Shown here in pieces: positions 52,842 to 62,943 of a stretch of DNA of 64,000 bases. Every line of letters begins with the position of its first letter. Position 1 is the stretch's first letter. The translations under genes and the position numbers were made by a program. The notes under the pieces were generated by a model, which was not told where the DNA came from, ran no database searches, and saw only the letters and a program-made list of their open reading frames with translations. The stretch covers positions 160,001 to 224,000 of the forward strand of contig JAZAMN010000052.1 of NCBI GenBank assembly GCA_036229005.1. The letters are read 5' to 3'. The DNA is from Myxococcota bacterium. Its GTDB lineage: Bacteria > Myxococcota_A > UBA796 > CAJQPC01.

Positions 52842-53135
52842 ATGCCCGAGGTCTACTGCCAAGGTCTGGAGCGCAGCGTCACCCTCGCCGAGGGGGAGGA
52901 CCTGCTGCACGGTCTGCTCAAGGCGGGCGTCCCCGTGGCCAGCACCTGCCGCGGCGACGGGATCTGCGGCCAGTGCGCCATGTGGGTGGAGGGGCCCCAG
53001 GGCCCGGTCGGTGAGCTCGAGGCCCGGACCATGAAGCGTCAGCGTGTTCAGGCCTCGCAGCGCCTCGCCTGCAGGGTCGTGTGCCAGCACGGGCAGGTCT
53101 TGCGGACCAGTTACTGGGGTGTACCAAAATCTTGA
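52842..53135 (+). CDS. 2Fe-2S ferredoxin-like protein
   Basis: CRGDGICGQC...RLAC; C-terminal YW. Confidence 0.85.
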   Translation: MPEVYCQGLERSVTLAEGEDLLHGLLKAGVPVASTCRGDGICGQCAMWVEGPQGPVGELEARTMKRQRVQASQRLACRVVCQHGQVLRTSYWGVPKS

Positions 53136-53244
53136 ACAGTGTCCCAGATCCTGCTCCGTTTCCTGAACGACCCTGAAGATCCAGGGGCCCGGGAACCCCC
53201 TTGAGTCCTCGCGTGTCAAAGGGAGGTCAGAAGTCCTGTCAAGC

Positions 53245-53260
53245 TGGCGTGTCCTTTGCA
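53245..53260 (+). promoter_or_regulatory. Sigma-54 (-24/-12) promoter
   Basis: TGGCGT-GTCCT-TTGCA with exact GG-N10-GC spacing, intergenic, 70 nt upstream of ATG 53331. Confidence 0.6.
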
Positions 53261-53330
53261 TGGAGCGCGAGTGACCGCGGGGCTTCGGCCCGACCAGCCG
53301 TGGTCCAAACCCTCTCTCTACGGAGACCCG

Positions 53331-53900
53331 ATGCGCACTGCCATCCCGCTGCTCTTGACCGCCCTGTCCCTCGCGAGCCTGTCCGCGCCCGTGATCGCCG
53401 CCGAGGGCGAGACCGAGGAGGAGTTCGACTTCCTGGTGGAGGGCGAGGAGGCCGCCAAGAAGAAGGCGGAGGAGGCTGCGCAGTCCGAGGACTTCGACGC
53501 CTTCGCGCTGGAGGACGAGTTCGACTTCTCCGCCCCCGAGCCCGCTCCGGTGGTCCAGGTGGAGCGGGAGCCGCAGGCCGACAACTTCCCCGCGCGCGTG
53601 GTGGAGACCCTTCCCGGTCGGGTCGTGGTCGAGCTGCCCGTCGTGTTGGGCACCGCCGCGCAGGTCACCCAGGACTTCTGGCTGGTCGGTGAGGTCTACG
53701 TGGACGGCCAGAAGGTGGGGGAGGTGAGGCAGCTCGTCGTGGCCAGCGCGCTTGGGGAGCACACCTCCACGGCATTCTTGAAGGTCCAGGCCCCCGTGGA
53801 CCAGGCCAGTGGCGCCGTCGAGGTCAGGGTGTCCCAGATGGTCGATGGGGAGCAGCGAGCCCTGTTCTCGCGCAGCACGGACTTCCGGATCGGCGGCTGA
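53331..53900 (+). CDS. Hypothetical secreted protein
   Basis: GGAG SD; signal MRTAIPLLLTALSLASLSAPVIA; acidic linker plus beta-rich domain. Confidence 0.7.
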   Translation: MRTAIPLLLTALSLASLSAPVIAAEGETEEEFDFLVEGEEAAKKKAEEAAQSEDFDAFALEDEFDFSAPEPAPVVQVEREPQADNFPARVVETLPGRVVVELPVVLGTAAQVTQDFWLVGEVYVDGQKVGEVRQLVVASALGEHTSTAFLKVQAPVDQASGAVEVRVSQMVDGEQRALFSRSTDFRIGG

Positions 53901-53932
53901 CGGAGTAGCTTGGCTCCGCGACCGGAGGGTGC

Positions 53933-54922
53933 GTGGAGCTGGGCAAGTTGGCCGAGGCCCTGGATGAGCGGGGCGATGTTCTGGTGCTGCGGACTCCGGT
54001 GGGCTTCTACCGGAAGCGCGGGGTCACCTTCCTGTTGGCGATCCCCTTTCTGGCCGTCGTGTTCGGTGGGCTGTGCGCTGGGGGCATCGCCGATGGCTCC
54101 GGACTCTCCAATGACGAGCTGAACATCATGCTCGCGGTGCTCTCAGTGCCCGTGCTGGCGGTCGCTGGTGCGGGCTTCCTGGCGGGCGTGATCACGCTTG
54201 TCCGTGCGCCCGGCAAGAGCGAGGCGTCGACCGTCCGGGTGGATCTGGGGCGCCGGGTCCTGGAGCGCGGAGGCCAGAGCGTGTCGCTCTCCGAGTTCTC
54301 CAGCCTGGAGCTGGTGCAGCCCTCCAAGGTGCTCAAGTGGCGCAGCATCCGGGCGTGCAGGCCGGCCAGCAGTGAGCAGAGCGACAACCCCTACGCCAGC
54401 AGCTCGCGGGCCGAGCCGATGGTTCTGCTGGAGAACATCGAGCCCCTGCAGGGGGAGGCCGCCGGGGCGCTGCTCCGCTACCTGGGGGAGCGCATGGAGC
54501 TGCAGGTCCGGGCGGCGCCGGGGATGGACAAGAGCGCGCTGGGAGGGCTCGGCGGGAGCAGCAACCACGCCGCGATGCTCTGCTACCTCCCGGTCCAGGG
54601 CATCTGGCTGATCGCGAGCCTGGGCATGCTGGTGTTCTCCAAGGAGCCGCTGGTCCGCTTCCACGCCAAGCAGTCGCTGCTGATGGGGGCCGCGCACATT
54701 GGGCTCGCCATCGCGATGGTGGCCGGCGGGGCCATTGGCTTCGAGGTGCTGGGCAGTGACGCTGTGGGCGCCGTCCTCATGCTGCTCCCCTTGCTGCCCA
54801 TGATGCTGCTGATCGTGCTCCGCTTCGTGGGGGCCTACAAGGGCCACAAGGGCGCCTGGTGGGTGTGCCCCGGGCTGGGCTGGCTGACCCGGCGGTGGAT
54901 CCCGGCGGAGACGGAGGCCTGA
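53933..54922 (+). CDS. Membrane protein with a C-terminal DUF4870/Tic20-like region
   Basis: GGAGG SD, GTG start; AAMLCYL...KEPLVRFHAKQSL...P.LG. Confidence 0.7.
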   Translation: MELGKLAEALDERGDVLVLRTPVGFYRKRGVTFLLAIPFLAVVFGGLCAGGIADGSGLSNDELNIMLAVLSVPVLAVAGAGFLAGVITLVRAPGKSEASTVRVDLGRRVLERGGQSVSLSEFSSLELVQPSKVLKWRSIRACRPASSEQSDNPYASSSRAEPMVLLENIEPLQGEAAGALLRYLGERMELQVRAAPGMDKSALGGLGGSSNHAAMLCYLPVQGIWLIASLGMLVFSKEPLVRFHAKQSLLMGAAHIGLAIAMVAGGAIGFEVLGSDAVGAVLMLLPLLPMMLLIVLRFVGAYKGHKGAWWVCPGLGWLTRRWIPAETEA

Positions 54923-54972
54923 AGCAGAGAACCCCCCGCCGAGGCGGAGGGCTCAGCACTCCAGGTGCCGAC

Positions 54973-55761
54973 TCAGTCGAAGCTGGTCGGTGCGCGGTTG
55001 AAGACGACCCAGCTCACGTCGGTGTCCGGGTTGTCCTCGCAGTCGCCGTCCCCGGTCAGCTCGTAGCTGGTGATGTTGCAGGCGGTGTAGGGATCCACGC
55101 CGATGCGCAGGGCCCCGTCCTCGTCCGGGAAGAGGGTGAGGCGGTCCAGGGTGGTCTTGTAGGACACGGCCAAGGCGGTGCGCTCCCCGCAGGGGGTGTT
55201 GACCACGCCGACGGAGTCCCCGACCTCGACCTCGAAGCCGTCGATGTGGGTGTCGATGTCGGCCTGACCGTCGCGGCCGGCCTCCATGGCGTAGATCAGC
55301 TCCTGGTCCTGGTGGACAGCGAAGCCAGCGGACTCCCCGTCCCCCTGGGCGACGGTGATGTCCACCCGCTGGGTCTCCCAGAGGTCGATCCAGGGGGTGT
55401 TGTCCCAGCCCTCCTGGTCCAACCAGGCGTAGCCGACGGTCCAGATCACGCCGTCATCGCCGTCGATGACCAGCACCGCGGCGGGATCGGTCCAGCAGGG
55501 GATGAGGTTGTCGAAGCCGTCCGGAGCGCCGCTGGTGCGCAGGATGGTGCCGGAGAACGCGTAGCTGTCCGCGGGGTCCACGGGCTCGCTGGCGCCCAGG
55601 CAGACGAGGGCCTGGCCGACGGTGGAGACCGAGCTGGCCTGGTCCCAGGGGCTGTGGCCGTCGCCAAGCAGCGTGCTGCCGGCGATGCTGCCGCCCAGGA
55701 CGGTGCAGCCGGTGGAGAGTGCCAGCGCGGCGATGGCGCCTGCGCCCAAGAGCTTGTTCAT
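54973..55761 (-). CDS. Hypothetical lipoprotein
   Basis: GGAGG SD; MNKLLGAGAIAALALSTGC lipobox. Confidence 0.7.
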   Translation of the reverse strand: MNKLLGAGAIAALALSTGCTVLGGSIAGSTLLGDGHSPWDQASSVSTVGQALVCLGASEPVDPADSYAFSGTILRTSGAPDGFDNLIPCWTDPAAVLVIDGDDGVIWTVGYAWLDQEGWDNTPWIDLWETQRVDITVAQGDGESAGFAVHQDQELIYAMEAGRDGQADIDTHIDGFEVEVGDSVGVVNTPCGERTALAVSYKTTLDRLTLFPDEDGALRIGVDPYTACNITSYELTGDGDCEDNPDTDVSWVVFNRAPTSFD

Positions 55762-55845
55762 CGAGCCTCCCTGATTCCTGCCCAGTGAGGCTTCACCGTA
55801 GCGGGGGATTCCTGCCGCAGAAAGCGGGGATTCCCCAAAGCGTAC

Positions 55846-56844
55846 TCAGTCCAGAACACCCAGGTGGTGGCAGGCGGCGCGGCGGCCGGCGTCCAGGTCC
55901 TGGAGCTCGGGGCGCTCGTGGTCGCAGGCGCCCTCTTGAAACACCGGGCAGCGCGGGTGGAAGGCGCAGCCGGCGGGCGGGTTGATGGGGGAGGGGACCT
56001 CGCCCTGAAGGACCTGACGGGTGCGCTTGCGCTCCGCGATGGGGTCCGGCAGCGGCACCGCGGAGACCAGCGCTCGGGTGTAGGGGTGGCGCGGGTGGTC
56101 GCAGATCTGCTCGAAGCTGCCGATCTCGACGATGCGGCCCAGGTACATGACGGCGATGCGGTCGCAGAGGTGGCGCACCGCGCTCAGGTCATGGGCGATG
56201 AAGAGGTAGGCGAGCTTGCGCTCGGTGGCCAGCTCCTTGAGCAGGTTCAGGATCTGGGCCTGGATGCTCACGTCCAGCGCGGAGATGGGCTCGTCGCAGA
56301 CGATCAGCTCGGGCTCGCTGGCCAGGGCGCGGGCGATGCCGATGCGCTGGCGCTGGCCGCCGGAGAACTCGTGGGGGTAGCGCCGGACGAAGCGGGGGTC
56401 CAGACCGCAGGTCTCCATGAGCTCCTGCACGCGGCGCTGAGTGGGCTCACCGGGGGCGGTCAGGCCGTGGGTGAGCAGGGGCTCGGCGATGATGTCGCCG
56501 ATGGTCATGCGCGGGTTCAGGCTGGCGTAGGGGTCCTGGAAGATGATCTGCATGCGCTTGCGCAGCGCCCGCATCTTCTTGCCCGAGAGCCCGGAGAGCT
56601 CCTGCCCGCGGAAGCGCACGCTGCCGGCCGTGGGCGGGATGAGGTTGAGCACCGCGCGGCCGGTGGTGGACTTGCCGCAGCCGGACTCCCCGACGAGGCC
56701 CAGGATCTCGCCCTCGCGCAGGGTGAAGCCCAGGCCATCCACGGCCTTGACCGAGCCGGTCTGCCGCTTGATGAAGCCGCCGCCAAAGATGGGGAAGTGG
56801 ACCTTGAGGCCGGAGACCTCCAGCAGGACCTCGCCGGCGCTCAT
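55846..56844 (-). CDS. oppF: Oligopeptide ABC transporter ATP-binding protein
   Basis: [46 protein letters not shown]. Confidence 0.93.
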   Translation of the reverse strand: MSAGEVLLEVSGLKVHFPIFGGGFIKRQTGSVKAVDGLGFTLREGEILGLVGESGCGKSTTGRAVLNLIPPTAGSVRFRGQELSGLSGKKMRALRKRMQIIFQDPYASLNPRMTIGDIIAEPLLTHGLTAPGEPTQRRVQELMETCGLDPRFVRRYPHEFSGGQRQRIGIARALASEPELIVCDEPISALDVSIQAQILNLLKELATERKLAYLFIAHDLSAVRHLCDRIAVMYLGRIVEIGSFEQICDHPRHPYTRALVSAVPLPDPIAERKRTRQVLQGEVPSPINPPAGCAFHPRCPVFQEGACDHERPELQDLDAGRRAACHHLGVLD

Positions 56845-57803
56845 GAGTGCTCCCCAGCGCGCCAGCAGGCGGCACCCCTGGTCGGTGTGCCCTGCCAGTC
56901 CGGATACACCTGGCACCTCACCTCCCTGAGCGGACAGCGGGGCAGGAAGGCACACTCGGGGCCCATATCGGCCAGGTTGGGGGGCATCCCCTCGATGGGG
57001 GTGAGCACGCCGCGGGTGTCCAGGCGCGGGACGCTGGCCAGCAGGCCGCGGGTGTAGGGGTGCTGGGGCTGGGCGTAGAGGGACTCGACCGGGCCGCGCT
57101 CGACGATGCGTCCGCCGTACATGACGGCGACCTTGTCGGCCACGCCAGCGACCACGCCGAGATCGTGGGTGACCATGACGACTGCGGTGCCGCGCTCGCG
57201 GGCGAGGGTCTGGATGAGCTCCAGGATCTGGGCCTGGATGGTCACGTCCAGGGCGGTGGTGGGCTCGTCGGCCAGCAGGAGGGCGGGCTCGCAGGCCAGG
57301 GCCATGGCGATGACGACGCGCTGGCGCATGCCGCCGGAGAGCTCGTGGGGGTACTGGTCGATGCGCTGGGCGGGGCCGGGGATGCCGACCTGCTCGAGGA
57401 GTTCGATGGCGCGCTTGCGGGCGGCGGCCTTGTCCAGCTTGAGGTGGAGCCGCAGGACCTCGGTGATCTGGCGCCCGATCCGCAGAGTCGGGTTCAGGGA
57501 GGTCATGGGGTCCTGGAAGATCCTCGCGATGCGGTTGCCGCGCAGGCTGCGGATCTCGCGGTCGGACATCTGCAGGATGTCGCGGTCCTCGAAGAGGATG
57601 CGGCCGCCGGCGTAGCGACCGGGGGGCGTCGGGACCAGGCGCAGGATGGAGAGGTTGGTGACCGACTTGCCGGAGCCGGACTCGCCCACCAGGCCCAGGA
57701 TCTGGCCGGGCTCCAGCTCGAAGGAGACGCCGTCGACGGCCTTGACCACGCCGTGCTCGGTGTGGAAGTGGGTCTGGAGGTCCTGGACGGAGAGCAGCGG
57801 CAT
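56841..57803 (-). CDS. oppD: Oligopeptide ABC transporter ATP-binding protein
   Basis: [46 protein letters not shown]. Confidence 0.93.
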   Translation of the reverse strand: MPLLSVQDLQTHFHTEHGVVKAVDGVSFELEPGQILGLVGESGSGKSVTNLSILRLVPTPPGRYAGGRILFEDRDILQMSDREIRSLRGNRIARIFQDPMTSLNPTLRIGRQITEVLRLHLKLDKAAARKRAIELLEQVGIPGPAQRIDQYPHELSGGMRQRVVIAMALACEPALLLADEPTTALDVTIQAQILELIQTLARERGTAVVMVTHDLGVVAGVADKVAVMYGGRIVERGPVESLYAQPQHPYTRGLLASVPRLDTRGVLTPIEGMPPNLADMGPECAFLPRCPLREVRCQVYPDWQGTPTRGAACWRAGEHS

Positions 57804-58705
57804 CAGGACTTGCTCGCGCTGGGGTCGAGGGCGTCGCGCAGGCCGTCCCCCAGGAAGTTGAGGCAGAAGAGGGTGAGGGTCATCACGCCGCCGGGGAAGG
57901 CCAGCAGCCAGGGGTAGACGGCCATGGCGTTGGCGCCGTCGTTGACCAGGGTCCCCCAGCTCGCCTGGGGCTCGCGGATGCCCAGGCCCAGGAAGCTCAG
58001 GAAGGCCTCGGAGAGCATGACCGAGGGGATGGTCAGGGTGCTGTAGACGATGACCGGCCCCAGGGTGTTGGGGACGATGTGCCGGAAGAGGATGCGCAGC
58101 GGGGGGACGCCGATGGCGCGGGCGGCCTCGACGAACTCGCGCTCCTTGAGGGAGAGGACCTGACCGCGGACGATGCGGGACAGGGTCAACCACGACACGA
58201 GGCCCAGCGCGGCAAACATGAGGATGAAGCTGCCGTCGAGGTCACCGACCTGGATCGCGGTCGGGGGGATGAGCGCCATCAGGACGATGACGAGCAGCAG
58301 GTAGGGGGTGGACATGGCGAGGTCCACGAAGCGCATCATGGCGTTGTCCACGCGCCCGCCCACGAAGCCGGAGATGGCGCCGTAGGTGGTGCCGACCAGC
58401 AGGCTGACGGCGGTGGCGACGGCGGCGACCAACAGGCTGACGCGCCCGCCGTGCATGGTGCGGACCATGACGTCGCGGCCCAGCACGTCGGTGCCGAAGG
58501 GGTGCGCCAAGGTGGGGGCGGTGGCGCCCAGGGGGATGTCCTGGCTGGCGTAGTCCAGGCCGAAGAGGGCAGCGACCAGCGGGCCGAGCACGCAGAAGAC
58601 GCCGATGGCGAGCACGACCACGCCGGAGACCAGGGCGACGCGGTTGCGCTTGAGGCGCCGCCAGGCGTCCTGCCAGAGGGAGCTGCCTTGGACCGGAGCG
58701 TTCAT
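57803..58705 (-). CDS. oppC: Oligopeptide ABC transporter permease
   Basis: [44 protein letters not shown]. Confidence 0.93.
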   Translation of the reverse strand: MNAPVQGSSLWQDAWRRLKRNRVALVSGVVVLAIGVFCVLGPLVAALFGLDYASQDIPLGATAPTLAHPFGTDVLGRDVMVRTMHGGRVSLLVAAVATAVSLLVGTTYGAISGFVGGRVDNAMMRFVDLAMSTPYLLLVIVLMALIPPTAIQVGDLDGSFILMFAALGLVSWLTLSRIVRGQVLSLKEREFVEAARAIGVPPLRILFRHIVPNTLGPVIVYSTLTIPSVMLSEAFLSFLGLGIREPQASWGTLVNDGANAMAVYPWLLAFPGGVMTLTLFCLNFLGDGLRDALDPSASKS

Positions 58706-59616
58706 GAGAGCTTCACCCGCGGGTCCAGCCAGGTGTAGGCGATGTCCACGGCCAGGTTCATGAGCATGAGCAGGGCGCTGTAGAAGCAGACGACGCCCAG
58801 CACCATGGAGTAGTCGCGGTCCAGGGCCGACTGCACGAAGTAGTAGCCCAGGCCGGGGACCTGGAAGATCTTCTCGATGACCACGGTGCCCGTCAGGATG
58901 CGCGCGGTGGCCGGGCCCAGGAAGGTCACGACGGGCAGGATGGCGCCGCGCAGGGCGTGGCCGAACACGATGGCCCGCTCCGTCAGGCCCTTGGCGCGGG
59001 CGGTCCGGATGTAGTCGGTGCGGATGACCTCGAGCATGCCGGCCCGGGTGAGGCGCGCGATGTACGCGGCGTAGGCCAGGCCCAGGGTCACGCTGGGCAG
59101 GATCATGGTGGACAGGCCGTCCCAGCGGGCCGGGGGCAGCCAGCCCAGGCCCAGGGCGAAGATGCCGACCAGCACGGGGCCCAGCACGAAGTTCGGGACC
59201 GAGATGCCCACCAGCGCGATGCTCATGGTTGTCCAGTCCCAGACGCTGTTCTGGCGGATGGCGCCGATGATGCCGGAGCTCACGCCCACGACCAGGGCGA
59301 AGGCCAGCGAGAGGCTGCCCAGAGCGGCGCTCACCGGGAAGGAGCTGGAGATCAGCTCGCCGACGGTGAGCCCCGGGCGCTTCATGCTGGGCAATGTGCC
59401 GTCGGCCAGGCCGCGCAGGTACATGCCGAACTGGACGTGCCAGGGCTGGTCGAGCTGGAAGCGGGCCTCGAGCTGGCGCTGGATCTCCGGCGGGAAGTTC
59501 CGCTCGGCGTCGAAGGGGCCACCGGGTGCGAGCTGCAGCAGGGTGAAGGTCACCGCCGCCAGGAGCACGACCAGGGGCAGGATGGCCAGCAGGCGCTTTG
59601 TGATGAAGCCAGTCAC
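58702..59616 (-). CDS. oppB: Oligopeptide ABC transporter permease
   Basis: APGGPFD, DYIRTARAKGL, EKIFQVPGLG, LDPRVK. Confidence 0.93.
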   Translation of the reverse strand: MTGFITKRLLAILPLVVLLAAVTFTLLQLAPGGPFDAERNFPPEIQRQLEARFQLDQPWHVQFGMYLRGLADGTLPSMKRPGLTVGELISSSFPVSAALGSLSLAFALVVGVSSGIIGAIRQNSVWDWTTMSIALVGISVPNFVLGPVLVGIFALGLGWLPPARWDGLSTMILPSVTLGLAYAAYIARLTRAGMLEVIRTDYIRTARAKGLTERAIVFGHALRGAILPVVTFLGPATARILTGTVVIEKIFQVPGLGYYFVQSALDRDYSMVLGVVCFYSALLMLMNLAVDIAYTWLDPRVKLS

Positions 59617-59641
59617 CGGGCGCCTCTATCGCAGCGGGGGC

Positions 59642-60772
59642 TCACAGGGGGGCGTCCAGATCGGCCGACCAGTCGTCGGCGCGGATGCGGTCGGCCAGCT
59701 CGTGGACCGCGGCGCCCACGTGCTGGATGCCGGTCGCGCCCAGCAGCACCTCGCCGGGGGACGAGAGGTCCATGCCGGTGTTCGCGGGGTTCTCCCGGTC
59801 CTGGGCGGTGTAGACGGAGTCCGGGTTCAGCCGCAGCCACCTCGCCCCCGAGAGCGCCTGCCCCAGGCCGATGACGTGCGGCGCATCGGAGAAAGGCTGG
59901 ACGTGGTCCTGCTCCCCGGCCACCAGGATCGCGGCGAGATCGGGCTGTTGCGAAAGCACTTGCGGGGCCAGGTGGTCGCCCCGGCGATCGGTCCAGAAGG
60001 CGTCGGTGTCGTCCTGGCTGGCCAGCGGGTGGGTCTCGGGGAGCAGGGGCTCCAGCAGGCGCCGCATCTCGGGGGAGACGTAGCGCGCGCCCTGGACGTC
60101 CAGGCCGGCCCAGGTGGGCTCCGGATCCTCCCAGGCGCCGCTGCCGTTGCGATCCAGGTAGGGCTGCTCGTCCCAGGCCAGCGCGCTGTAGTCCATCTCG
60201 CAGCGCAGGCTCCCGTCGGTGAGCGCGCAGTCGCCCCGCTCCGGCAAGTGGTACTCGCGGGAGGCGAACGCGGGGGTGGACGGGACCTCCCAGAGGACCA
60301 GCCCGTCGACGCTCGGGGTGTCCTCCAGGGCGAGGGTGGCCAGGGCGAGGTCGCCGCCCAGGGAGAGGCCGACCAGGACCAGGCCGGCGGGGTCGGGGGC
60401 GTAGGACTGGAGGCTGCAGCCAGTGTCATCGGGCAGCTCTCCGGCGGCGAAGCGCAGCAGCTGGAGCACGTGGGCGCGGTCCAGAGGCCCCAGGTCATCC
60501 CCGGGGAGGTCTCCGTGGAGCTGGACCACGCTGGCCCCGCTGGGGAGGATGAGGCGCTGCTCGGGGGGCGCCTGGTCCGCCTTGAGGCCGCCGTGGAGGA
60601 CCAGGGCGATCACGGGCGCGCGCTCGGGCTCGGGGTCGCCGGCGAGCCAGATCTCCAGGCCGTCCAGGCTGCTGGTGGCGCTGCGGTGCTGGCCGTCCAG
60701 AGCGAGGGTGCAGTCGCCTTCGCCAGAGTCGGGGAGCGGGCCGCGGGTGCACGCCAGCAGCGCCCAGATCAT
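59642..60772 (-). CDS. Alpha/beta-hydrolase-like lipoprotein inside the opp operon
   Basis: MIWALLAC with ATGA overlap on the oppA stop; VLHGG oxyanion-like motif; VGLSLGG nucleophile elbow; GEQDHVQ. Confidence 0.65.
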   Translation of the reverse strand: MIWALLACTRGPLPDSGEGDCTLALDGQHRSATSSLDGLEIWLAGDPEPERAPVIALVLHGGLKADQAPPEQRLILPSGASVVQLHGDLPGDDLGPLDRAHVLQLLRFAAGELPDDTGCSLQSYAPDPAGLVLVGLSLGGDLALATLALEDTPSVDGLVLWEVPSTPAFASREYHLPERGDCALTDGSLRCEMDYSALAWDEQPYLDRNGSGAWEDPEPTWAGLDVQGARYVSPEMRRLLEPLLPETHPLASQDDTDAFWTDRRGDHLAPQVLSQQPDLAAILVAGEQDHVQPFSDAPHVIGLGQALSGARWLRLNPDSVYTAQDRENPANTGMDLSSPGEVLLGATGIQHVGAAVHELADRIRADDWSADLDAPL

Positions 60773-62934
60773 CGCTCGATGCTCACGTAGCGCAGGGGGT
60801 GCTGGTCCAGGAGGTTGGGGTGGCTGCCCTGGACCTCGGGCTGGGTGAGCTCGTACCAGACGTACCAGTACATGGGGATGAAGGGCACCTCTTCATTGAG
60901 GATGGCCTCGGCCTCCATGAGCTTGCGGGCGCGCTCGGTCGGGTCGGGCTCGCGGGCGGCCTGTTTGAGGAGCGCGTCGTACTCCGCGCTGCCCCAGCCC
61001 GTGTTGTTGTTGCCGCCGCCGGTCACGAAGAGGTCCAGGAAGGTGGTCGGGTCCAGGTAGTCCCCGATCCAGCCCCCGCGGGCGATGTCGTAGTCGCCGT
61101 TGTTGACCGCCTTGAGGTAGGTCTTCCACTCCCGGTTCTCCAGCTCGACTTCGATGCCCAGGTGCTCGGCCCACTGCGCCTGGATGACGGCGGCGACGAG
61201 CTGGTGCGCGTCCTGGGTGTTGTAGAGGATGGTGAAGGGCGGGAAGCCCTCGCCGCCGGGGTAGCCGGCCTCAGCCAGCAGCTCGCGCGCCCGCTCGGGG
61301 TCGAAGTCCATGCCGGGGGCGCCGGGGTAGCCAGGCAGCCCGGGGGGCACCAGGTGGCTGGCCGGGATCTCGCCGCCCTTGCGGACCGCCACCACGTCGC
61401 GCTTGTCGATGGCCAGGGCCAGGGCCTGACGCACCCGCACGTCGTCAAAGGGGGGCTTGTCCGTGTTGATTCGGTACAGGTAGACCGAGAGCGCCGGCGA
61501 GGTGTGGAAGTCCTGCTTGTCCTGCAGCAGCGGCAGGAAGTAGACCGGCAGGTCGTTGGCCACGACCAGGTCCGTGTAGCCGGCCTTGTAGAGGTTGGCC
61601 GAGGTGGTCGGGTTGTCGATGGAGTAGGCCATCACCCGGTCCAGCTCCAGGGTCTCCGCGCCCCACCAGTCCGGGTTCGCGTCCAGCACGAACTTGTCGC
61701 GGACGACGTGCTCGGTGAGCAGGAAGGGCCCGCTGGTCACAATGTTCTCGGGGCGCGTCCAGCGGGAGCCGTGCGTTTCCCAGGCCTGCTGCGGAGCGGC
61801 CCGCAGGGTGGTGTGGGAGCTGAGCTGCAGGAAGTAGGGCGCCACCGAGCTGAGCCGCACGATGAGGGTGTGGTCGTCAGGGGCTGAGAGGCCCAGCAGG
61901 CTGTCGTCCACAACGACCTGCCCCAGGGTGACCTCGACGGTGGGAGGGGTTGTGTCCGCAGGCGAGGTCACCCCGGTGTCGATGGGTGAGGTGTCCCCGT
62001 GGAAGTCGACCGGATCCAGCTCCTTGGCCTGGTACACGACGAGCTCGGCGCGGGGGTCCTCCAGCACGGAGATGCGCAGGGTGCCGGTCTTCTCCTCCTG
62101 GCCGTAGAACACCTTGGCGCGCTCCCCGTCGACGCTGAGCAGGGTGACGGTGTCGCCGCGGGAGAGCTGGGCGAGGGTCTCGCCCTGGGGGTCCTCCAGG
62201 CGGGTGGGGGCCTTGAGCACGCGGGAGTTGACCAGGGGCCAGGCGGTCTCGACCTGGTCGGCGGGGAGCCAGGCGCTCACCGGGGGTCCGGCGCAGTCCT
62301 GGAGCAGCTCGAGGTCGGAGATGTCGGGGCAGGCGGCCCGTGCGGAGACCTGAACCTGGTCGCCGTCGCGGTCGAGCAGGGTGATGCTGGCGCCCTCGCG
62401 CACGGCGATGTGGCCGACCTGCAGATCCTGGGTGGCCCGCACCACGTTGACGTCGGTGGCCTCCAGGGCGGTCCCGGCGGGCAGGCTGGGGTGCTGGGTG
62501 ACCAGCAGGGCGCGGCTGGTGTTGTAGAGGTCCGCGCGCTCGACCAGGTAGAGCTGCTGGGCGTAGCGGGCCAGGTAGACCGGGTTGAGGACGTGCTCCC
62601 AGGACCACAGGTAGTCGTGGGCGGTGACGGGCGTGCCGTCGGACCACACCGCGTCCTTGCGCAGGTGGAATGTGTAGCCGCGTCCGTCGGGGTGGGTCTC
62701 CCAGGACTCCGCGTGGCTGGGGCGCGGGGAGAGGTCGACGGGGTCGTACTCGGTCAGCCCGTCGAAGAGCTCTCCGATGATGCGGCCATCGGGGTGGCCG
62801 GTGGCCTGGGTGGGGTCCAGGTATTCCGGCTCGGTGGCGTTGTTGAAGACCAGCACGCGCGGGTCCTCGTCCATCCGAGAGGGGCCGAAGGTGGAGGAGT
62901 CGTCGGAGCAGGCCAGGGCCAGGAGCAGCAGCAT
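60769..62934 (-). CDS. oppA: Oligopeptide ABC transporter substrate-binding lipoprotein with an insertion of about 200 aa
   Basis: MLLLLALAC; EPEYLDP, LFDGL, YTFHLR...WSDG.PVTAHD, VTSGPF, PFDDVRVRQAL, GWIGDYLDP.TFL. Confidence 0.9.
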   Translation of the reverse strand: MLLLLALACSDDSSTFGPSRMDEDPRVLVFNNATEPEYLDPTQATGHPDGRIIGELFDGLTEYDPVDLSPRPSHAESWETHPDGRGYTFHLRKDAVWSDGTPVTAHDYLWSWEHVLNPVYLARYAQQLYLVERADLYNTSRALLVTQHPSLPAGTALEATDVNVVRATQDLQVGHIAVREGASITLLDRDGDQVQVSARAACPDISDLELLQDCAGPPVSAWLPADQVETAWPLVNSRVLKAPTRLEDPQGETLAQLSRGDTVTLLSVDGERAKVFYGQEEKTGTLRISVLEDPRAELVVYQAKELDPVDFHGDTSPIDTGVTSPADTTPPTVEVTLGQVVVDDSLLGLSAPDDHTLIVRLSSVAPYFLQLSSHTTLRAAPQQAWETHGSRWTRPENIVTSGPFLLTEHVVRDKFVLDANPDWWGAETLELDRVMAYSIDNPTTSANLYKAGYTDLVVANDLPVYFLPLLQDKQDFHTSPALSVYLYRINTDKPPFDDVRVRQALALAIDKRDVVAVRKGGEIPASHLVPPGLPGYPGAPGMDFDPERARELLAEAGYPGGEGFPPFTILYNTQDAHQLVAAVIQAQWAEHLGIEVELENREWKTYLKAVNNGDYDIARGGWIGDYLDPTTFLDLFVTGGGNNNTGWGSAEYDALLKQAAREPDPTERARKLMEAEAILNEEVPFIPMYWYVWYELTQPEVQGSHPNLLDQHPLRYVSIER

Positions 62935-62943
62935 GGGCCCAGG

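Noticed and set aside
53135..53244. 6S RNA or other structured ncRNA
   Set aside because: Only a short hairpin (CCCTTGA/TCAAAGGG) is visible and I could not build the long 6S rod; a covariance-model search would be needed.
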